From Mayamaea pseudoterrestris (taxonomy: Eukaryota): DNA of 64,000 nucleotides. Where the stretch lies: NCBI GenBank assembly GCA_027923505.1, contig BROI01000015.1, positions 620,001 through 684,000 on the forward strand, in the 5' to 3' direction. The translations under genes were made by a program, and so were the position numbers. Positions within the stretch are counted from its first letter, which is position 1, and every line of letters begins with the position of its first letter. This document shows, one piece after another, positions 12,949 through 25,284 of the stretch. Below the pieces are notes generated by a model. It was not told where the DNA came from, did no database searches, and saw only the letters and a program-made list of their open reading frames with translations.

Positions 12949-14487
12949 TCATATTTGTAGCGAGTCCGCGCTCTCTCTTCTTACACCGCCACTGTAGCTG
13001 ATGGCCCTGACATCAAGGGGACCGACGGCGGAGTTCGACCATTGACTCCAGAAGCGTTCTATCCGTCGTCTGACAGAGTTTTCGGTGTCTTGTATGTAAA
13101 CACATGCCACTGCATCAAAACCTCCAGCTCCAGGGCATAGTGCAGCAACAACTCCAGGCAGCTGCATAGTAGCATCGGCCAATAGCGTTTGCTCGTCAGG
13201 TTCAATGGGAACGCCTGCCTGATCACCCATGGCTTTTAAATGCTTGCGTGAATCCGATAGCGCCTGATGTAAGGCAATGAGTTTAGAGCCACATGATATA
13301 TCATTGTCTTGTTGAAGGCCTTTCCATTCATCTGCAGTCACATTCGCAAATTGTTCACGCTCCTCGGCAGTCGGTCGACATGCAAGCAATGATTGACACA
13401 GCTTGGCTATTCTATCATTTACTTGCGCCAGCTCCGTCCACAATAGCGGATCTGTTTGTGAATTCTTCCATTGCAGCACCTTGCGAGCCATACCTGGACT
13501 TTCGGAACCGCCTGCAACGTCGGCCAAGATAACCTGCAGTAAACTGTCGCTACTGAAATTTAGAGGTTCCACAATGCAGTCCGACTGCCATTGCCCATGC
13601 ACACAGTCACGCAAGCAATGCTGGACGGTTTGATTGCTCCCCGCATCTCTATTGCCAGCGTCTCCTTCTGCATTTTCGCCAGTCGTTGACGTGAGCAAGT
13701 CCAACACATTCCGAATGGCAGCTTCAGGAAATCGGCGATAAACGTGCGATCCACTGCAGGCAGCCGAAACATCGAAACCGCTGCCAATCTTTCCTTGTGC
13801 GTAGCAGTGCGAAATTTGGCTCAATCCTGTTATAATTGCTTGCTGCTGCTGCATAACATTTCCGTCATCCTTCATCAGCGCATAGCAAAGAGCAGCCACA
13901 AGACTTGTCACGAGACAAGCCGAGCTCCCCAGACCCGTCTTAGTGACGCGGCCATTAACGCGCTTCGCTGGCTGCCATTGAAAATCATTCATGTTTGAAG
14001 ATTCATGGCCTCGTGGGGACTGCGAAACATCGTGTACTGAACATATGTTCGATTCGCTTATAGATCCACCCCCGTAAAACTCATTGTCGGCCCAGATTGT
14101 GATCTGAACCTCGTGAATGGCTAGAGAGACGTCCAGATAAAGCAAGGCTATCTTTAACGTTTTCTCGACAAATATATTGCTTTCTGGTTCACCGTCGGTA
14201 GGACAATTGATGGCAGACGTCAAGGATAGTGTATGTCGATCAAATACGTAGGTCCACGTCTGCCGAAACTGGGGACTTGTAACGCTGATTTTAACAGTTG
14301 ATGTCGTATCTGTAGCATCATTTTGTAGGAACAGCTTTACTTTTGTGTAGAATCGCTTGTCGACGGCAATGACGAGGCCAATGTTTTTTGGCTCCAAGAC
14401 GAGGTAGCCTCCAGCCAGCAGAATCTTTCCCGGAGCAGAAGCGACGACAGTCTTTGTTTCTAGCGCAGATGGAACGTTGTCGGACAT
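12949..14487 (-). CDS. ERG8: Phosphomevalonate kinase (ERG8 type, GHMP family)
   Basis: Motifs SAPGKILLAGGYLVL, KTGLGSSA, AQGKIGSGFDVSAA, PIEPDEQT and PGAGGFDA. Confidence 0.93.
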   Translation of the reverse strand: MSDNVPSALETKTVVASAPGKILLAGGYLVLEPKNIGLVIAVDKRFYTKVKLFLQNDATDTTSTVKISVTSPQFRQTWTYVFDRHTLSLTSAINCPTDGEPESNIFVEKTLKIALLYLDVSLAIHEVQITIWADNEFYGGGSISESNICSVHDVSQSPRGHESSNMNDFQWQPAKRVNGRVTKTGLGSSACLVTSLVAALCYALMKDDGNVMQQQQAIITGLSQISHCYAQGKIGSGFDVSAACSGSHVYRRFPEAAIRNVLDLLTSTTGENAEGDAGNRDAGSNQTVQHCLRDCVHGQWQSDCIVEPLNFSSDSLLQVILADVAGGSESPGMARKVLQWKNSQTDPLLWTELAQVNDRIAKLCQSLLACRPTAEEREQFANVTADEWKGLQQDNDISCGSKLIALHQALSDSRKHLKAMGDQAGVPIEPDEQTLLADATMQLPGVVAALCPGAGGFDAVACVYIQDTENSVRRRIERFWSQWSNSAVGPLDVRAISYSGGVRRESADSLQI

Positions 14488-14689
14488 TCTTTAAGGCTTT
14501 CAATGAGCATCAACACCGTAGTTCAGATGTAGTAATCAACTTCTGGTCGAAGTTGAATGGCAGTGTCGCATGTAGTACCTGTACGACATGCACTAACTGC
14601 ATCAATAGTCAAGCTCATTCACAGTCAGTCGGTAAATTACCTACGCATACGAAAAGGTCCATATATACAAAATCGAGTCACATTTAACG

Positions 14690-16949
14690 TCAACCGTCTT
14701 TTGTCGTCGGAACATCGAAATCAATATCTCGCCAGGCGACGGGAAATTCTTGGGTCCAAAAGCCTTGCCGTATTGCATGGTAAGACCGCATCACATTGCG
14801 CTTCATTTTTAACCAGCGGTCACTATCCGGAGTATAGTAAAAGCTATCAAGCAAACCATGCTCGTAGCCGATTGCCTTCTTCCTTTGCACATGATAACCC
14901 CGCATTCGATTGATGTATCCCTGTGTGCATGCAACGATGCAAGATTAGCGTGAGACACCCCATGCAATGTAGTATCTGTAATGTTCCTCACCATCGACAC
15001 GACATACCGTAAATGTGCTAAAGTACGCCCCAATAAATGTTTGCCCCCGCGATGCCACCAGCTGATCGACCATTCCGTACTATAAAGTCAGTTGACGAAA
15101 GACATTTAGTGGATGATCATCGATCGACACTACCCAAACAGGCGATTTTAAGACTTACGTAGTTGGGATTCAAGTCTCCAAGCTCCTGCTTAAAGTCATT
15201 TAAAAAGAGCAGATGGTAGTGCTGTGCCAACGGTTTAAAATAGTCTGTTGACTTTTCATCAGTTGCAACAAAGACAGTTCGACCTTCCTTCAGTAACTTG
15301 GCCGAATTGTTCACATATATTTCATCAGCTGACATGTGCATTTCCTTGTACTGGAAGTCGCCTCGACGAATATGAAAACTGTCGTAGCTGCCGTCATTGC
15401 TTTTGCTGACCGTCCGCGCAATCTGCCGGACCGCCTCGATAACCCTGGCTGAAGCGCATTGGATCTCGTCAAGATAACGCAAGTGGTCTCTTACAAAACG
15501 TTTTGTCCACAGATCCATTTTCCAGTCTGTGTAAGAGCAGCAACGCTGTGAGCACACCAAGCACAATCAGAAGGCACATGTCGAATATGAGTTACCTTCA
15601 AACAAATAGAATGCATAGAAATGGACAAGCATTCGGTTGCTGCCACCCTGTTTTTCTTCGCCCTGGAGGTGAATGATTTTCTGGTTCTGCCAGAACGAAT
15701 CATAAAGACAAAGCTCGCGTCGATCCGCCATGATTTCCCTCATTCGCAATTCCATTGATGCGTTGACAGGTGTTGGTCGCCCATTATACGACTGCAATCG
15801 TTTCTGCCAACGGGCATTTTCAGGCACGTTTGGCTGCTCTGTCGCCTCTTGACGGAATAGCTCATCAAGCGACTTGCTCATGCGGTCCGTCCCAGCATTC
15901 CCTCGCTGCGCTGGAAAAGCCGCCACGCACCGCGAAAACTGCCAGTCTAGCTTCGGCACGACGTTTCGAAACCACGTCCAAAGGTTCTTGGTCTTGCCAG
16001 CTCGAGCCGACTCCCAGTTATTCCCTCCCGTCCAATCTGTAATATTATCGGGCGGAAACGATACTTGGCCATTCGTTTGGTTTCGTAATTGCCCCGTCAT
16101 GGCGACTCGCTCAAGAAACTCATCAAAGTGTATGACCTTTAGATTAGCATGTTCCTCCGCGATGGAATCAAAGTGAAAAAAGTCTCCAAAGGTAAACTGC
16201 TTCTTGTGCTGCTTTTGCTTGCCGTTCCAAAGCAAGTACATGGTTTGCTGAGGCGGTAGCACGAGCGTCCGTCCGGTCGCGACGGCAAAAACGACTGCCG
16301 TCTCCATGGCCTGTACATGTTCGTTCATATGCATGAGTGAGACTGGAAGGTCTTCAGCCGTCACTAATAGTCGGCATTCGATGCTTTGGACAAGAGTAGC
16401 AATGATTAGGTTTCCGATCAAGAGCACTTACCATTCGAATATTGTTCCAACCGCCTTCATCTGCATGTAGAAGAGGTGCAACAGGTAGGTTTCGTCAGCC
16501 ACAACGTCGAGTCAAAATTTCATACTATCCTGCCCAAACTACTCTGTTATTTCTCGCTTACCTGGTTCAAACGTGAGATACTGTTCTTCCTGCGTCTTGA
16601 ATGGAGAAACAAAGGCTGCATCCTGAGGATTGTCTTGCCAGTAAACCATTTCCTCGACGGCAGCTTTTGATGCTGGACCTCCATGAGCGCTGCAAGTCAA
16701 ACCTGCAACAACATGCGCCGACGCATCTTTATCAACTGCTCTAGATTGCTCACTATCAGATCCTTGTTTATTCATGTTAAGAAACTCGAGTTTTGACGGT
16801 AAAGCCATTGGAAGCTGCATGGAATTCAAATCAATGACGATTACTTGCGTCAAATTGGCCACGACGAAGAGCAAAAGCAAGCCGATGATTATTGTTTTCG
16901 AGGCTGTGAGAGCTCGATTATTGCTGTTGGCAGCGTTGGAAGGCGCCAT
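14690..16949 (-). CDS. GDP-fucose protein O-fucosyltransferase-like (O-FucT), type II membrane protein, multi-exon
   Basis: N-terminal TM helix; spliced FEPDEGGWNNIRMAMET, GRTLVLPP, HIRRGDFQ, VFVATDE and DQLVASRG..F.G..FSTF. Several GT-AG introns link the ORF pieces. Confidence 0.88.
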
Positions 16950-17166
16950 GATGAAGGTTGAAGAAAGGTGATAAACTGGTGAGTGAAGGTGATGAATAGA
17001 GCGGCCATGGTCGATCGAGGCGTTTTCGTCGGCTGAAGAAAGTCGTACCGGTACACGGCTTTATGTCGGAACGGTACTCCTTGACGTTTGAATCCAGAGC
17101 CATCGATTCTGCGCGGCAGATTCGACGAGTCGATTGACCCATCACTTTGCTGTCATACACCTTAAC

Positions 17167-18460
17167 ATGCTAAAAATTCTTGCAACACTTCCCTTGCTAC
17201 TGCTGATAGCGGCTCCGAATGTTTTTGCAGATGCATCAACCTCCCGAGCCGCCGCTAATCTTGCTTTGTCACTCGGTCAACAATTTGATCGATGGAGCAG
17301 TCGACGACGAACAACCGACAATGACGCTGTCATACTTGCATCATCAGTAAAGTCGCGAAGCGAATCGAGAGGAGGATCTTCCTTGGCTATCAAGAGCATG
17401 ACTGCCAAGCAAAAGGCAGCCTTCAAGTATGTTCATAACACACGAGACTGGCACGATCTTTTACTTCACCATCATTTGACACGCGTCTAACACCTAACAC
17501 CACTTCACCTCATCATTCATCACCTGTAGTCTCTTTTCCGGCGGAGCTGCAGGTACTGTCGCTTCCACTTTAACAAATCCTCTTGATGTCATAAAAACGC
17601 AATTACAAAGCTCTGAACATTCCAGAACAATTGTGACAGAAACAGGCGAAATCATTCGACGGAACAAGCATGCACTCGGCGTGGCCCAGCAGATTATGCG
17701 TGATGATGGCTTGGCAGGCTTTTGGCGGGGACTACCACCGACCTTGGTGGGTATCATTCCATCACGATCCGTTTATTTTTATGCCTACCAAAAGATGAAG
17801 CACTTGCTGGGGAAAACGTCGCCGAAACACTTTAGCGAAGGCAGTCCTCCAAACGCGCTCGTTGCTGGCTTCATGGCGGGCATTGCCGGAAACACAATCA
17901 CCAATCCCATCTGGATGGTGCGCACGCGAATGCAACTACATGCCGACAAGACGGCGGGACAGCACGCCTACAATGGTTACGTTGACGCAATATCGACCAT
18001 TTTTCGGGAGGAAGGCTTGGCTGGCTTTTACAAGGGAATCACTGCTAGTTACTGGGGATGCGCGGAAGGCGCCTGCCAATTTTTGTTGTATGAAGATCTT
18101 CAACGACGACTACTGAAGCGAATTAACCGTCGACGGCTCTCGCAAGGCCTGAAGCCAACCAAGAATCTGTCGAACGCGCACTACTTTTGGTGCGCCGCCG
18201 CGTCCAAAATGTGCGCCACCATTGCCACATATCCGCACGAAGTGGCCCGGACGCGCATGCGGGAGCAAGCTCGGGAAGGCATCTTTCGATATACGGGCAT
18301 GTGGCAAACATTGGCATTGATTGCTAAGGAGGAAGGAGCAAGCAGCATGTACGCTGGTATGGGAGTGCACTTGATGAAGGTTGTTCCAAACTCGGCGTTC
18401 ATGTTTTTGACGTATGAGATTGTGAAAAGTTGGCTGGGAGAGTTTCAAGTGGTGAACTGA
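17167..18460 (+). CDS. Mitochondrial carrier family protein (SLC25A33/36, RIM2-like) with N-terminal signal-peptide-like extension
   Basis: Three PxD/W/ExxK/R repeats (NPLDVIKTQLQ, NPIWMVRTRMQ, YPHEVARTRMRE); intron 17427-17529; ATG 17167. Confidence 0.9.
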
Positions 18461-18600
18461 GCTTTGCTCTGATGCTACTCATGTATTGCGGCAATCAAGG
18501 CTGTATTTGTTCTGCAGTTCACGATGTTTATTCGTCGTCATGCATACAAAGATATCATATACACTGTTATACTGTAATGATGCAGTTATCGTAAAATTAT

Positions 18601-19730
18601 TTAGCTCTTGACAGCAATTGCCTTGGCCACACTGGCGGATAAAAGCCACTGAACTATCAAGTCCACTACAATGTCGGCACCACGTTCGTTCAAGTGTAGC
18701 TCATCCGTCAGTAGCTTGTTTCCCACCATGGCCGATAATGCATTCCAATTGAATAGCCGAGCAACGTGATACATCGGCGCCATGGCAAGCATCAATAGTG
18801 GCTGCATCTCGACAGGAACGATACGCTTGCCTCGACGATTCTTATGCAAGTATTCCTCCAACCGATCAAAGACTGGAATGACAACGCATTTCTCATCCGT
18901 CTTGGCCACCCGCTCAATCACCTCATTAGCTTCACGAATGAGTGCGTTCGCGCCCGACCTCAAGTCTTCACCCATGGGTGGCAATGTGCACAGTGCAACC
19001 TTGACGACGGGGGACGACTTCCGAATAAAGTCTAGAATGCCAGTCAAGTTTCGCTCAAAGGTTGCCATGTTGGGTCGCTCAGGCAAGTTATTCATGCTCA
19101 CCACTTGCTTGCCCCATGATGCGCAATACATGGCTCGTACGTCATTAGTTCCAATCCAGATCATGATAAAGTCTGGGTAGCAACCAAGTGCCTTGTTGAG
19201 GCGTTCGTTGAGTATTGTGTGCGAGGTAATTCCATTCTGCTCGAGTGAAAGGCAAAACGTCAATTTTGGGTTGAATTGGCGCGCATGAATAGGTCGAACA
19301 TCGAGCCTCATAGGCTACCACTCACCTGTCCAGCATTCACGACCCAGAGGGGGTCCACAAAGGCTCCTCCTGATGATGGGACATCCATTCCAAGCGCCGC
19401 ACTCAATTTGATTGGGATTTCCGGCGTAATGCTGGCACTAAGATTGCCATGTGTCAAGCTATCGCCAAGGCAGAGTAACACTGGCCTTCGTCGCGGACGA
19501 TTTCTAGCCCACATCATGAACTTTTCAGTTCTATTGTCAGGAGGAGCACTCACTGTTTCTACTGTAATATAGTAAACACCGGCGAACAGAAACATGCCGA
19601 GCCCCAACTTCCAGCTGTAAAGAATCAAGACGAGAATGGAAAGGACCAGAAAACCCATGAGAAATTGAAGAATTCCATCAAAGCCTCGGCGATCATGCAA
19701 GCCAGTGTGGTAGGAATTGGAAGCAGCCAT
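18601..19730 (-). CDS. SGNH/GDSL hydrolase with N-terminal membrane segment
   Basis: Block I CLGDSLT, block II NAGQ/NG across an intron (~19240-19325), block III IGTND, block V DELHLN. Confidence 0.88.
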
Positions 19731-20057
19731 GGCGATGCTCGACTTTGCGCAGAAAAATCATCAAATTGTCAGGATTGTGGGGAAGATCCATGCCGTCGAA
19801 AACGAAGCTGCTGCGTCTCCGACCGATCCCGAGGCATGTGACCCTGTGAAAGCGTCACTCCGGTACTGTCACGCTTTTTAGTACCGGAGCGGTTTCAACT
19901 TGACAGGCGTTCAACGCTCATTCAAGGCCCGGCTCGCTCGCAGCCAATTTTTGGTGAAGCTGATGGCAGACTTCTTCATCGATTCATCATCGACTACGTA
20001 GCTGTGGTCGACTGATTCTTTCTTTCGATCAAGCCATCAGCAGAGCTACTGGTTGTC

Positions 20058-20456
20058 ATGTCGGTCGACTTTACACCCAATTATGAAACGCAATCCTTTT
20101 GCACGCGGTTGTTTTGCTGGCCTTGTCAAACTGGAGTGGCGGCGACGAATGCCATTCTCGCCTGCGACTTGGTCGGGTTCTGCACCACCATTTGGTGCTG
20201 CCCGGTACGTTATATTGACAGCAACGGAGGCGAAATGTTTGCCGAGCGTCGTTGTTAATGTTCTATATCTGTCTATGTTGCAACTCAACTTCAAATTCCA
20301 ATTTGTTTTACATATCAGTGCCGAACATTTTGTGGCTGGTTTCCGACACAAACAGAGCTGAATCAAGTCATGGATGAGCCCGATGAAATTCCATATGAAA
20401 GGGTATTTGAATTGGAGAAGCGGAAGAGAATGATGATGTCCGCACAGGCACACTAG
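20058..20456 (+). CDS. Small Cys-rich protein (94 aa, two exons), PLAC8-like motifs
   Basis: Exon 20058-20204, GTACGT..CAG intron 20205-20318 and exon 20319-20456 give MSVDF..LFCWPCQ..IWCCPCRTFCGWFP..SAQAH*. Confidence 0.6.
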
Positions 20457-20972
20457 ATACTCGACGGCTGTTGGTGTGCTGAATGCCTGTCAGTGGAAGA
20501 GCGATCGTCGATTGAACGAATGACCGATGGAACGATTGCTTAGTCACAAGAAGCGCGCAAACAAACCTTAATTTTAATTGTTCCACTAGCTGAGTCTGTC
20601 TGATTGTACCGCAAAACGGCTGCTGCTGTTGCTTACAGCTTTTTACTGTACGTGTCGGCATGCGGTGATGTCGGGTGTCCGAAATTCGCCGCCCAATACG
20701 TACTCAAATCAGCGCCATATCTTAAGACGCCATGTTTGGGCATCACCAATTGATGTCAAGCTGGACGGGGTTTCAACTATACCATAATAGGTTGTTCAGG
20801 CTGCGACGTGCTGTCGTTGCCACACTATGCCGTGTTAGCTGCATCGCGCATAGATTCAAGATTGTCGCAGCGGGAACAATGAGTCGGATCGGGACTCCTC
20901 ATTTGGAACGTGAGCCACTCAAAACGACGGAACGAATCGTCGGCACCCATGTCTATGCCTTCATTGCTTTAG

Positions 20973-22059
<1,087 letters not shown>

Positions 22060-22249
22060 GGTACAATAAAGTTTTACTTGGCATGTACTATTTTTTGTAT
22101 CAATCATGATCGAATCCTATAGCTCTAAGATATGTAACGAGAGGTTTTAAAAGAAGTTGCAACTAGTTGTTTTATAAGTTCGCGAGTGCGGCATGACTGG
22201 ATTTAAGCTGAGTCTCAACTCTTGCGCAATGCCTGCTAGTAGCAACATG

Positions 22250-23140
22250 CTATTGATCCACATCGCTGCCTGCTGCATATCGAGATCTATCATAAGTCAA
22301 GCCGTAATCAATAAAGAGCTCCTCGCCAGCTAAAACGTCACGCTCAAGCCGAAACATGACGGACCGGTCCTCTATGTCTTCCTCCGTCACCACATTGACA
22401 TCCATTCCCTTTGGCGGCTCGTTGATGCGACACAGCGTCGTTGGAACCGTTCGCAACGATCCCAATATTGTTGACGTAAAGAGCCAGACTGAAAGGAATT
22501 GGCCATCACTTCCGCCGAAGCAAAATGCATCCAAAATTCCGTTCGCATTGGTTGGATCAATTATGTATTTCGAATCGGAGAATCTCCAGATATAAGATTC
22601 GCATTTTGGACATCGTCTCAGTTTGGCTAGATTTGTTTGAAAAGGAGCGACAACGCCTGGATATGTCCCAAGCGCCAAACCTTTCGGCAAATCAGTATTG
22701 GCGAAAACGCCAAGTCCAGCTCCTGGTACGGATGATTGTCGCACTTGTATCTCTTCATTTTCTCTGACAAGTAGCTTGCCACGAGGCTGATCGCAGACGG
22801 CAACGAATCCAACGTAAGTGGTTATGCCTGCAGCAAGTCGAACAAGCCAAGATGTTGCCAATGAGAGATCAGCGTTGATGGCGGTTTGAAAAGCCAACGA
22901 ATGATGACGGTAAGCATGGTTGGTTTTCCGTCTTGTTGAAAGCAGTCGCCGAGAGAATCCACTGTATTCGCGTTCCGTCTTGTGCCTGTTTAAAGGAGTT
23001 GATCGGCCTGGTTTTGGTTTTTGGAAGGACATGATGCCATGATGGATAGTCGGTGGATGAGAACGAGGAGCACTTCGCATATCTGCTGACGCTGCAGTGA
23101 ATGCCAAGCAGGCGAAGAAAAGATTCATTCGATACCTCAT
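22250..23140 (-). CDS. SET-domain protein with N-terminal signal-like peptide
   Basis: SSVPGAGLGVFA, CRINEP and AGEELFIDYG motifs; hydrophobic N-terminus. Confidence 0.85.
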   Translation of the reverse strand: MRYRMNLFFACLAFTAASADMRSAPRSHPPTIHHGIMSFQKPKPGRSTPLNRHKTEREYSGFSRRLLSTRRKTNHAYRHHSLAFQTAINADLSLATSWLVRLAAGITTYVGFVAVCDQPRGKLLVRENEEIQVRQSSVPGAGLGVFANTDLPKGLALGTYPGVVAPFQTNLAKLRRCPKCESYIWRFSDSKYIIDPTNANGILDAFCFGGSDGQFLSVWLFTSTILGSLRTVPTTLCRINEPPKGMDVNVVTEEDIEDRSVMFRLERDVLAGEELFIDYGLTYDRSRYAAGSDVDQ

Positions 23141-23780
23141 TGTCTTGCTGCTCCTAGCTGTCGCAATTTAAGAGAGTCCCTAAAGGCGACTGGACGCATC
23201 GCCATGGTCGACCGATCGAATGATGTTCAAATCTCAAGAGCGCGCGGGACGCGCTGACAAAGATACGGGAAATCTATCTTTTCAGTGCCGCTTTCTCTCA
23301 GAAGTCATCGGAGTCGAAAGCGATGCGTGAGCGACGCGCATGGGATCAACCAACGCCACAATCGAGACCCATCGAGCATCATCGAGACGCGGCAGCAGAA
23401 CATTCAAAACTCCTCTCTAATCGTGAGCAGCGTTTGATCCCTTTTTACAATCTTATTGCTGTAATTGAATTTAATGTAAGTTAATAATTGAATGAGGACG
23501 AGAAGAAGAATATTGGAGCAAATACTTTGGAGCGGCGAAAGACTCGGCGGCAGCACGATTCTGCGGCGTCTCGATGGCCTTCCATTCCCATCTTAAGCCT
23601 TTATCCAACGAATTGCGCCTGATATGCGCATCCGTGACATGGAGGATCTCAGATGCTAATAGATTGCCGTTGGAAATAGTTTACATGTGATTGTCTTCGC
23701 CGCTGTTCGGAGGCATCTGCGTTTGCTGCCACCGGCACTAAAACCATTTGGCTATTCTTCAACTAGACTCACCTAAAACC

Positions 23781-25157
23781 ATGTTGTATCACTCGCCTCG
23801 CACAGACAAGATGAGCAGCGACTCTCCATGCGCAACGATGGAGTCTCCTGCTGGAAACTTTGATAGCTTGGCCGCTTCGCTTCGTCGTTCTACAGTCGCT
23901 GCTAGGTCGGGTTCTGCAGCATTTGCAAGTAGTATTGGACGCTATTTTCCGAGATCCATGGAGCCGGCACAGGAGGATTCAAGCGGAAATGAATCTGACC
24001 CGGTACCTTATACCCGTACGCGAACGCGCGCCGTGGCTTCTCGCAATACACCCATGGCAAGTCCTGTCCGACGATCATCGCGGACCCGCTTGACGGTGGC
24101 TAGTTCACCTCGCGTGTCATCAGCTTTCGCTGCCGCCGCTAGACCTGCATCCCGATCCGTTGCGACTGCGCGGCGCCTTACTTCGGCTCCTGCCGCTCGC
24201 AAGCGCGCCGTCGGCAGTGCACCTTCCAGCTCTCGCAAGAAGGCACGCACTGGAGATTCGAGACAGTCGCCAATTGGAACCCTGAAGAATGATGCAGATT
24301 ATGACTACGACTCCAAGCCTGCTGCGGCAATTCTGCCAGACAATGGTTCGGATTGTTGCATTTGCATGACTTGTCCGGAAAGTCAGCAACGCTCCGCGGT
24401 CGATGGATGCGATCATCAATTTTGCTTTGATTGCATTGCGAAGTGGTCCAATCAGGAGAACTCTTGTCCTTTGTGCAAGGCTCGCTTTACCAAGATTACC
24501 CGCTGCAACCCATTGTCAAAGGCCGAACGCGACCAGACGAAAGCGTCCAACTCCAAGACGGTCAAGAAGAGAAGCCAGAGAATGGATTTGGCTTTTGAAA
24601 ATAGTGCGTTGGAAGGTTTGCTTGCCACCATTCAGGCTCGGAATGATCCTGGTATGCGGGCGTTTCACGCCAACGGAGGCTTTAATGGTGGCATTTTCGT
24701 TGAGACCCGAAGTATGTTTGCCCTTGGCGGTGGCCGGCGACGTGTCACCTTTCAAGAAACGTTGGATATGGACGAGGATGACGATGATGATGACTTTCTC
24801 GACAATTATGGGGGATTTTACCCACCGGGAGACGTGACTGCAGGTATATCTGGCTTCCAGCGATTGCAGCAGATGCGAACGGCGTCTCGTACTCGTGCCG
24901 CTCCTGCTGCATTTGCAGCTTCTCGAAGCGGTTCAAGTCGCTCATCACACGGTCGCAGCACGATTGGTCGGGCTCCTCACATGTTTTCTATTTCTCGCAT
25001 GTCCGCGCCATCCATGGTTGATGTGCAGCGCTCTGAACGTGCCGCGACGAGTTTGCGTCGTGGCAGTCTTGGCTCCAGCGCTGCACGACCATTGGAGATT
25101 GCGGATTCGGATGATGAAGACGAAGTTGAAGTCCTGGAAGTGATGCGGTCGACGTGA
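23781..25157 (+). CDS. C3HC4 RING-finger E3 ligase-like protein
   Basis: CCIC..CDHQFCFDCIAKW..SCPLCK; start codon uncertain (ATG 23781 or 23811). Confidence 0.85.
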   Translation: MLYHSPRTDKMSSDSPCATMESPAGNFDSLAASLRRSTVAARSGSAAFASSIGRYFPRSMEPAQEDSSGNESDPVPYTRTRTRAVASRNTPMASPVRRSSRTRLTVASSPRVSSAFAAAARPASRSVATARRLTSAPAARKRAVGSAPSSSRKKARTGDSRQSPIGTLKNDADYDYDSKPAAAILPDNGSDCCICMTCPESQQRSAVDGCDHQFCFDCIAKWSNQENSCPLCKARFTKITRCNPLSKAERDQTKASNSKTVKKRSQRMDLAFENSALEGLLATIQARNDPGMRAFHANGGFNGGIFVETRSMFALGGGRRRVTFQETLDMDEDDDDDDFLDNYGGFYPPGDVTAGISGFQRLQQMRTASRTRAAPAAFAASRSGSSRSSHGRSTIGRAPHMFSISRMSAPSMVDVQRSERAATSLRRGSLGSSAARPLEIADSDDEDEVEVLEVMRST

Positions 25158-25284
25158 GCTAATGAAGGCGTAGCGCGGTAGCAATACAAGCTAGTTGTGG
25201 ACTCTTAATTGTAAAACCGGTTAGTTTTAAATGCTTACTCTGCCACTCTTTTAATCATATTGCACTGTCTGCCTTCCCGTGTAC

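Noticed and set aside
20430..20483. Possible C/D-box snoRNA (ATGATGA...CTGA)
   Set aside because: No convincing terminal stem or rRNA guide, and ATGATGATG is explained as the MMM codons of the spliced Cys-rich gene.
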